From Fimbriosthenelais zetlandica (Eukaryota), in the NCBI GenBank assembly GCA_977030845.1, contig OZ365112.1:18414001-18478000 (forward strand): DNA of 64,000 bases, in the 5' to 3' direction. The notes below the pieces were generated by a model. That model had not been told where the DNA came from. It saw only the letters and a list, made by a program, of their open reading frames with translations, and ran no database searches. Position numbers and translations under genes: made by a program. Below are positions 54,401 to 64,000 of the stretch, piece by piece (within the stretch, counting starts at the first letter, position 1; each line of letters opens with the position of its first letter).

Positions 54401-57400
54401 ACTATAAGGCGACAGGAGGTGTTTGCAGTAGAGGGTTTACAGCAGCGGATCCTTGGATCCAAGCGCGGCATACTTGCCTTTGATCTTGGCGCGCCATGGC
54501 CGCGGGTGACGCTACAATCGGCTCTGCATAAAGCCAGCAATGAGGCTCATTCCAACTGCTGCCTCCCTCGATTCTCCCTCCTGCTAGACTGGCTAAGGTC
54601 CCGCACTTAAATATATTCTCGATCTATACATTCAATTTCTTTTTCTGGTCCACTTTACTTCTCATGCAGTAAAGAAAGAAATCTATGTCTTTGGCATTTG
54701 GCACAAGTGAGAAATTCGATTTATATTTGAATCCAACTGCTGAAGGAACTTGCAAGGGACAAAAACTCAATTACATAGACAAGGCTGCTTTATCTGAATT
54801 GTATGAATATCTAATTTATATTTGACATATTCAGAGCAGGAATACAGCCATAGACATTTTTTCCTATTTGATGGGACAGGACCACATGAAAATGTGTGTC
54901 ATTCGCTTCACACACAAACTTAACCCAAAGGTCGTTCGTGGAGATTCTGACATTAGAAATCTACCGTCTTGGCATTTCATCTCCTCGCGAAATGACAACC
55001 CCTGCCTGGAGCCATGTACCAAGTCTAAGGGAGAGTAGGAAATGGGGGCCTTCTATTTCCTCCTCCGCCCTCTGCTATATGCAGTCAGTATATCCCTCAT
55101 CCCAATCTCCACATCAATAGCTTTGATTTCTCTTCGTCGCCCTTTTTTATGGGACCAATCAGCTGGGTGTATAAGTGTATCTCCTCCTTATCCGGCTGAG
55201 ATTTTCTCCAGTGGTTTCAGCAGGACCATGAGATGTATTGATTTCGCTGTCAGACCACTGAAGAAAGAGGAGTGATCAGACGGATGATTTCCCAATTAGT
55301 TGGCTAGTTGTGGCGGGCGGCCAGCGCCAAACACGGCGAGCCGGGTGTACATAAGACCAATATTTGGAAGGAGTTGATGGCCGCAGACCAGATGCCATGT
55401 TGATGACTGATACCAACATCCCCGCTACATAAAATAATCTACCCAGGTACTGTTAACAGCTGCTTCCACAACCAAGACAGTCCGACGTGAATAGACTCAC
55501 ATGAAATAAGCCATCATGAGATTCTAGACACAGTACTTTAATAGAAACCACGAGGTTGATCCCAAGTACTGGGTGGAGTGTGGGGTAAGGATGGGTGGTA
55601 ATAGAGGCTGGATGGATTATGGGGATGAAGACAGGGGAATATGGCTCCATCTTCTACTAGAGCCAGCCAGTGTATCTCTCATTTACCCGGCCACTCAAGC
55701 CATCTCATTTGTTGTAAGAGAAGAGGACAATTAGAGGCTGGCTGGCGGTGATGATAGCACTAAGTGAGATATGACTGGAGCAGCTCTTTTCACCAGCTCT
55801 ACCTCGCAATCCAGCTCACCAAGTGTTGGCATATTAACTGATCTGTTGTGATCAGGCATTGGGAGGCCAGCAGTGGGTCCATATTATAGCTGTCAATGCT
55901 TGCTATGAGCCAATTAATCCCAACAAACACAGACTACAGTCTAGGCCCTGATAATTCTCACCATGGGAGCAGCTCGCATTCTGCCTGAGTAAGCTCACCA
56001 GCTGATCAGACTTGGTTACAAAAATGCACACTATAATGAATGCCTCGGCGAATAAGACGAGCTGCTCTTCTACCCTCTACCTGAAGGTGTGAGATACAGT
56101 CAGCCCCAGGGTCTAGCACAAAGGTCGTTTGTGCTGGATTTAACAGTAGAGCGAGCCCTCTAAATAGGTCTTACAACCAGTGCAGATGGCTTCTTTTTGT
56201 TGCTGTGTCTTGTCGCATGCTTCCTTCCTTCCAGCTAGATGAGGGGATAGGCGGAGATGGGGAGTGAGCCAGGGTTATTGAAGCAGTTCTCCCTGCATGT
56301 AATCTTGTACTTTTAATGGGTCACATAAATCATAATACGACTATGATACAGAAGTGGGGCCCAAGGGACGCACTGGTGACCTGGGTGTATTTAGAGTTGG
56401 ATTGTACTTGCATTATGGCCTGCCTGAAACACAAGCCCTGGCGTCTCGATAGGGCCTTTACAGCCTCTTCTCACACAATCCCCTGGTCCTCTGAGAGCTG
56501 GAATGGGCCAGCCTCTCAATTGTCTGTATTTGGGGGTAGGGGGTTGTGCTGAGACACACAGAGGTGGCAATACTGGTAGAGGCTGAGAAGCCATCTTCTC
56601 AGCTCCTCCTAGCGTCATTGCCTTACCCCTAAAGCCTCCTGCATTGCTCCTGAAGCCATGGGGACAATTATGATCCCCTTGTATCGATCGTCAGCGAGTC
56701 GGGCGGGGGAGATGCCGCAGACATATCATTTGCACTGTCATTGATTATCGGCTGACGGACTAATAGTTCTGTCAATACAAGCGAAATAATGCCATCCGCT
56801 CGCTTATTTCCCCACGCGTCAAAAAACCACCGTTAAAATGTAACATTTGCAGGTGGTATGAACAGACCAAGTGATGCGCCAAATTGAAGTGCACCCACAG
56901 CCAGGAACAAGCAGGAATTACATCGCCCCGGAGCAGATAACGCACATTTCATATGGCCAAATTTCACTCAGATGGATAGAGATGGCAGGGGTACTGCAGG
57001 GGCAAAATCTAGGTCTGTGAGATGGTTGGAGGGCTAGTAGTGCTACTCTATGTGAAAGGGTGGTGGGGGGAGGGTAGCATAGTGGGAGTGTCTTAGGGCG
57101 TCCTTTCCTAGTCTTTTATGTGTATAATGTGCCTAACAAGGCTGTGGAGAGGGACACTTTCAATAGGCGATCTCAGCGTGGCCAGCAAGCTGGGAAGCCA
57201 CTGGTAATTGGACACGCGATCATGTGGCTTCCTTCTGGCTTCGTATGTGGCTTCTGACATCAAACGCTAGTGTATCACTGTAAAGCTTGGCGCCAATAAA
57301 CAAGATGGTAAGCAGAGCTGGACAATGGCCACGGCCCTGCCTATAAGCCTGCTGATGGATGTATTAAGACGGATGACCTGGCTACCGTGTTATTGCATTG

Positions 57401-59108
57401 GAGCACTCCATGCTCTCTGTACTGTGTCAGCTAAATCTACCCTTGCCATTTTGTCTCTACCCTTCCGGCCTTGATAACAATAAACAAAACAGCAAATCGC
57501 CCGAACATGGCTATTGATAGAGAAAGCAGGGCTCAGAGCAAGAGAACAAAATGGGCAAGCATCAATGAGGTTCCTCTCTTGATTTCACTCTCCTCAAGAC
57601 ATTTTTGGAGCTGGCGTCTCACGATTGTTGTTGGTTGGAGTGGAAACATCTCAAGTGATGGATTAGGTGCCTTAACAAGGCAGTATTCTGGAGAGACTGG
57701 GTCTCTGTCTTCACATCTTCAATTGTGGCCTTAGTAAACCCCCAGCAGGGCCCGCCTTGGCCTGCTCCCGGTTAAGATGGGTTCCGGCGCTGAACAAGGT
57801 GTAAGTAATTGCCATTGTGTGAACAGCTGGCATGAGACAGCCACCAGGGATTCAAACCTTGGATCCCTACCCCCTAACATTACCAGGGCAGACGGGAAGA
57901 AAACTGAGTGGGTGGCTGACAGTCGGAATAAGGATCCAAACTTGTCCTGCCTTCTATTGCACCCCTTTTACGGAACAAGATTGTCGTCCAAACCTGAATT
58001 ATATCCATGTAAATCACACCCCCCTCGCCATGCCCAACACTGCCTACAAATGGCACCATTCACTGCTTCCGACAAAAGAAATCCAGGCTGAAGAAATTTA
58101 CAGCCCCAGGAAGTCCTCCCCGGAGCTCTAGCCATGAAATTATCAATAGGAGTTCTCATGTGTGCATGGCCTTCAGGGAGACACAGATTGAGAACAGGCA
58201 AACTAGTGTCTCCTTATACCAGGTTTCATATTCATATATGGAAACCAAGCCATCTAAAAAGTAGAAAGTGCACAAAAAGCTCAGATCTATTCCAGCACAA
58301 TATTCATTGCCATACATGAGTGTGGGCAGTGCAGCAAGCCTCCACTGATATCAGGAGAGATTGTGACATTTTCTCGTCATTTTGTCTATTCGGTGTTTTA
58401 AAGTTAGCGTGAGGGAGTAGCCAGGAGGGTGGGGGTGCTGCAGTAGAGAAGCCTTTTACTGGCTAATCCGGCCAGCCGCAGCTTGGGCCTGCTGGATCCC
58501 AGGGGTCTCCCCCCTCCACGCCACTACAACTCACATCAAAGGACTGATATCATATTGTAAATCGTGTGCGCCTATCAGGTGGAATTCCCAGTCCAGGCAT
58601 AAACCGTGCTTTCAGAACTCAGGCAGGCTCATCAGACCCAGTCTTGCTTAGACAAAGCCTTGGCTGCAGGGGGGCTGCTGGCTGATTCAGGCCTGTATCG
58701 CAGAAAATATCACCAACCCCCTCTTTTTTCATCAGCCTCACTGCTGGCCCTGTGTGTAAGGCACCCCAATGATCCTACCCTTTCTCATTCAGCTCTAGTA
58801 ACATGCCATGTACTGAAAGCCTCAGTGCGGTCCGTTATGGTGATGGTCAAAATGAGAGCTGAGGAATGTATAGTTAGGGTCCGCTCTCCTCTACAGGTAT
58901 AGGCCTATAGACAAGATGAAAAGCTCTTTGAAGAATGATTTAAGACAGTGCGCTTGGCATCTAACTAAGGCCAATGCATACGGGGGAGGAGGGGGCGGGG
59001 GCAAAAGAGTTGAATGTTGAACGAGTGCATGCCAGACCACGACCATGTCCTGCTCTTCTTGAATGGAAGCAATGGTTTCTTTTACATAGGGAAATTGTTC
59101 AATTTGTG

Positions 59109-59167
59109 GCCGCTTGGGGAATTGAACCAAGGACCTCCCGCATCCATACCGTCTAAGCTACCACGGC
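59109..59167 (-). pseudogene. Degenerate tRNA-derived sequence (SINE head or tRNA pseudogene) with an internal deletion
   Basis: The minus strand reads GCCGTGG-TAGCTTAGACGG (A box)-TATGGATGCGGGAGGTC-CTTGGTTCAATTCCCCAAG (B box GGTTCAATTCC; CTTGG/CCAAG stem)-CGGC. The GCCG/CGGC acceptor-stem remnant is kept, and the A-B spacing is about 12 nt too short for an intact tRNA. Confidence 0.6.
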
Positions 59168-62100
59168 TCCACCCCTCCAGGGGAAAGTTAAATATTTGTA
59201 TACATCACAGAGGCCTTTAAATGTTTTCAACACTTGTACCAGACTTGGTTTATGATAATTATCCTGACATAATTACAAGACCTGTGATGATTTATAGGTA
59301 GCTATGTAATGTTCTGGCATTATAAATGGGACTTGGAGCTTTGAAGTGATATCTATTTTGCACACAGTTTGGGCTAACACTTCAGCCATGATTTAAACAG
59401 ATTGTTTGGGGACGTTGACCTATTAGCTGAGAGAAGATAAAATCAGGACAGGAGGCTGTAATAAGTCAGGGTAATTGTGCAGGCACAGAGTGACAGGGTT
59501 AATCCCAATATTGTAGTCACCAGACACAATGGTACCGCGCAGTGTGAGGGGATACATGGCAATCTGGTGCCTCTATACTACATACATATTCAGACACGTC
59601 CCTTAACATTTTATGATAACAGAATCATACACACATCATGAAATATACATGGTGTATTCTCTTCAGCTATGTACATTAAAGCCTGAATGTATGCAGTATA
59701 GACGCATGCAGCATAGATGCATTAGCATGTTTTCGATGGGATAATATATGCAGCTTGTTTACACTTTTATCCATGAATATATATGCAGGATATACTATCC
59801 CAGTTCCACAGTCCTATCCCGGATTGGAAAATGAAAATTTAACTTTTCAGTAGAGATTTAGCAGTCAGTAGAACTAAAGTCGACTGATGAGGACGGAGAC
59901 TGGAGAGTAGTCCCCCTCCAATCATGTTCGGACTGGCCCCATTCTCCCTCAATCACATCTCGCTTCATCATGTCATTCCCACTCAAGCCTACCAGACTAT
60001 CAGCTGGAGATACAGGCCTCCCAACCACCACTCTACCAACTTGGATCCGGTTAAAAACTTTTGGGAAAGCAATGTAACAGTATGTACCGATACAACGTTA
60101 TATTCCCACCCATTTGTTGCCATCTCTCGCCTTCTCGTAACCTTTCTTACATTTAGTACAATAGTCTGCTACAATTTTCTCCATTAACACGTCTGTGAAA
60201 CTTAATATCTATCACCCCTTTCATTAGTGAAATGACATAAAAGTATATACATGTATGTATTGCTAAAACACGTCCCCATTTTTCTTTTCCTGACCTAGTC
60301 TAAGCCAGTGGGACAGATGAGTCAAACATCCTCGAGGAAGGGAATGTTGGCATGTATAGTCCTCACTCATTCTGATACAAACGTGTATCAAACACAAACT
60401 CATTCTACCACAACATGCACAAACAATGATAAACAATGTATGCATCTTGGTTGAACACGTTTTCTGTTCAGCATGGGGTTTTACCAATATGAGTTCGAAC
60501 AAAATTTGGAATAACTTGGGAGGGGTTCAAAGGACATAGGATCAACTGCATAGAAGTTGTGAGTTCGGATTCTTCTGATCCGCAGATAGTAGTAAGAGGT
60601 CTGAGTGTGCCTGCCCCAAGCTGCCAATCTTATCTTCTCCTCACACACTCGGATGAAGAGGGTAGGAGCATGCTTGCCCCCTATTCTGCTCCCCCTGGTG
60701 CCAACCAAGAGTAGCTGTCCCTCATATACAGCCAGCAGCCATCGAGCATCTGCCCCGATGCACTTATAGCCCGGCCGTCTTGTCCAAATCGAGCCCAATT
60801 AGGTTACAGTCGAGCACGGCCCATTCATGCCCACCCTATTCGGCTTCTTGTAGCAAATTGAGTTTGTCCCAAACTAGCACAAACTTGCCAATTTGGTTAA
60901 CGCCTCCCAACATTGCTTTCCCGCAATTTGGTGTCCAATCACATTGCCCGAGTGCAAGTAAAGCCCGCTCCCAAAAGGGCCATATGCAATTTTAACTATT
61001 GTCGTCCGTTTTAAGTGCTGCCCTATTTGCTCTGAAGTCAGCAAGGCTGTGAAAATGCGAACCTTTTTGGAGGGTAACCTTTGAAGGTCATTACGGACGA
61101 CAATGGTCCTTGAGGAGGCCCCTACATCTATCTTCAGTGCGCAGGCGCGACCAACAGGGTCGCGATTTCGTCGCCAATTACCCATCAAAGATGTCATCGA
61201 GACTCATCCAGCTTTCAATGGTTCAAACTCAGGCGAGGCTCTCTTCTTAAAGCTAGAGGATGAGCCAATGTAAGAGTACCTCGAGAGAGCATAATTTCAA
61301 GATGAAATCCCGTTTGCCAACACAAGCTGTGAGATAAATGTATCCTGATTTTTGTACCTGAAGATTAGGTAATGGAGGCAGGTGGTGACCTCTCCAAGTG
61401 TAAGAAGGTTGTAAGTAAGCAGGTAGAGGAGTAGTAAGAACTTTAACCATTCCCTCCCTCCCTCCCTCAGCCAGCTTAACGCACTCATTGAGGACCAATT
61501 ACAGGTAACCCGTCCCATCCTAACGTCCCCATAAGAGGATCAATACACAGCTGACAATGTGAAGATGATGACTAACTCATCATACCTCACACTACCTGCC
61601 ACTCCCCGTCCTTATCACCTCTCCTCACTCTCATAACACCCGCCTTTAACCAACTCATAAAGTCAATCGCCTATCAATTGGCCAGTCTCCAATCGTGCTA
61701 GATTTACTGCAACTTGATTTAATACGAAATAGCTATAGCCTATATCTACTAACGTTTAAACAATATAATTTTTGTATTGGGATTTAGCTGCGTTTAATAG
61801 GCCTGCGGATAATCTCCACAGAAGGTCTAGACAATGTATATATTCAGGGAATGAATTCTAAAGTCATATGGACAAACGTATAAAATAAGAAGTCAGGCAG
61901 CTAATAATTTATTACAAACAATAAATAGCTGGCCTGCCTATCATATCGCGACCTTGTGTGTGCAATATGTACTTCTAGACAGTGTATCTGGACTGCCATG
62001 GCACCACGCCATCAAATCCGCATGCCAGCTTGATATAGCAGTGCCAAGAAAGCTTTTTTTCCTAACATACTAGTTAGACCAGCCCATGACGGTAATTAAT

Positions 62101-63326
62101 TGGACCATGCTGGTCACAAATTACATGTAGGATCCAAGCAATGATTGTTTCCTTTCTAAAACACATATTATCCTCCCATAGTGATTTTAGTAGTGCAGAT
62201 AATATTTTCACAGCTCGTCAGTGACTTATTCACCATGCCCCCATTCTATCATAGATCAATCAAGCCTATGTGGTGGAACTGCAGGTAGTCATGTTATTTC
62301 TCAGGGATTCCTGACAACACCTGAGGCAGTTTAGAGGACTTAATTCACGTGTTTCTTATACACGAGGCAATCTCCGCCACTCGTAAACAAGAGTCAAATG
62401 AATCCAAATGAGGAATGAAAGGCGGGCAGCAGGTCTGACATTTGGACGGCGATCAGTAATGGCTAATCACGGGGATCATCCCTTAACACCGCACATTGGG
62501 TGTCGGTAATCTGCTCCAGGGTTTACCAACCACACCACCAGATATTACCCCACAGGTCGATCCACCAAACACACGCCAGCAATTTCATATTTTCATCACG
62601 ATATATTTGGGTAGGCCCTATCGACATATATTGCTTAGGCGAATAAACCTCTTTTGGCTTTAAGTTATGCCTCACTTGAACAATTGTTGGGATGATACCC
62701 CAGATAGTCTTCATTCCATACATTTAGGAAGTACAAAGGGAATGAATATCAGGGTCAACAATCATAAGCAATTCTTCTATCCTATTCTTGAACACTTTTG
62801 TTGGGGCAATAAACTTCTATCCTCTGACTCAAGTTGAGCTATCACTTTCATTTGTCTGCAGTTCTATGTCGATGGAGCCATCACCTCCAGAAACATACCA
62901 GATTAAATGAGAGGGGAAGTTCATAAGAGGCTTCAGGATACAGGCAGCACATATGTCCTTATTTCCTCTGGAATTAGTATGTTTAGAGACAGCAAACTGA
63001 GAATGCTGGAGGAATTTCCCGGCGGCAGTGGTAGTTACCAGTCGTGTAGCGATGATTCCATATCATATCAGCTTTAATTACCTGGCCGGCCAAGTCTACC
63101 TGTAATTATGACTACTATTGATGGCTAATGAAAAGGCTGGGTGTAGGTGGCTATAAATCATCTACCGTCCTGCTAATGTTCATCCTTAATGAGGCCCACA
63201 CTAGTTCATTATGTGATCCAACGGTGAATTTACCAGCTTCCACACCCCTCCCCCTTCTCCCTACACCTATACTAACAATACCCTAACCAGGGGCCCGGGC
63301 TTTATCCCGCCTCTAAACTATACTAT

Positions 63327-63357
63327 CTTATAAAAGTACTTATAAAAGTACCTATAA
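63327..63357 (+). repeat. 12-bp tandem repeat, about 2.5 copies
   Basis: cttataaaagta cttataaaagta cctataa. Confidence 0.7.
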
Positions 63358-64000
63358 TCTATACCGGGTAACCCCCATCCGAAACACCCATTTCATCCCA
63401 AATCTAGTATATGCCAAGTTACATCCATAGACATATTATTTTTCATAAATGCATGTCTGAGGCATGTTTAGAGGCATTTCATGGCCATCTTTTAATTGAT
63501 TAGGCTACAAATTGCTTAAAGAACTTTGACAGATGAAGATCATGTCTTGGGTGTATGTGGCATGGCTTGAAGGCTTTGGGTACAGATGGAGTTTGTGTAG
63601 GGGAGTATGAATATTTCGTCATAACTCGTGAAGATAAGGTTTGATACACAGCTCTCCTCTAACCCTTCCTTGCTTCGGTCAAACAATACTGTCATAATAA
63701 TAGAGCGCCCGTCACTATCAGACTAAGATGCGCCACACGGTTTTGGATGTGATCGGTCATGGGTCGCTTCATGCCATAAATCTGTAGACTGAGATTAATT
63801 ACATCCCTGACAGGTTGATCTAAACAGAGCAGGATCCACGCTGAGATGGCCGTCTCTCTACACACACCATTGTTTACCACGACCTGACAGACACAGCTGT
63901 GTTTGTATATGTTATGTATTATAAAATAGGAGGCCTATTTATGAAAGCCCCATGAGATGAAATATATAAAGTGTTCAGTCTTGAAGGAGTACATGCTTAG

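Larger units (their letters stand above)
17440..64000 (-). other. Upstream intron (5' side) of the TCF exon, probably extending beyond the window
   Basis: Acceptor gtgttttgcag ends at 17440. I recognised no N-terminal TCF exon (MP..LN..DE...FKDEGE type) at higher coordinates. Small or cassette exons could have been missed. Confidence 0.6.

Noticed and set aside
56113-56137. 10-bp stem, 5-nt loop hairpin, and a similar 8-bp one at 35609-35629
   Set aside because: Too short for a structured RNA; several are expected in 64 kb. Bacterial terminator logic does not apply here.
57841-57900. B-box-like GGTTTGAATCCC T-arm on the minus strand
   Set aside because: No convincing A box or acceptor stem; at best a very decayed relic.
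9-63880. Remaining ORF-track entries (60-168 aa)
   Set aside because: No recognisable domains, consistent splice context or family similarity; consistent with random ORFs in intronic DNA.

Overview
Eukaryotic, almost entirely non-coding DNA from inside a TCF/LEF (pangolin / TCF7L2-like) Wnt-effector gene on the minus strand. The only coding segment I can support is one 133-nt internal exon (17307-17439, GSKVPVPPHPGSLSSLMIYPGSESLAQPPPAHMGIPPVHIDPKT-G) with canonical splice sites. Its PPPAHMGIPP motif is of the invertebrate type; a spiralian source is a guess. Neither the beta-catenin-binding exon nor the HMG-box exons were found, so the flanking introns appear to be at least 17 kb and up to 46 kb or more, unless I missed small exons. 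The other ORF-track entries look like chance ORFs. The introns look like a regulatory landscape: 14 optimal TCF-binding 9-mers (CTTTGATST), several with adjacent C-clamp helper motifs, suggesting autoregulation; a sense-strand candidate recursive splice site at 51395/51396; housekeeping-type promoter motif clusters, the best at about 28.1 kb, which could drive a beta-catenin-domain-less isoform; CpG-rich islands in a CpG-poor background; and only two tiny mobile-element relics (a tRNA-derived head and a TTAA-flanked MITE). All motifs were found and counted by eye, and all functional readings are inference.
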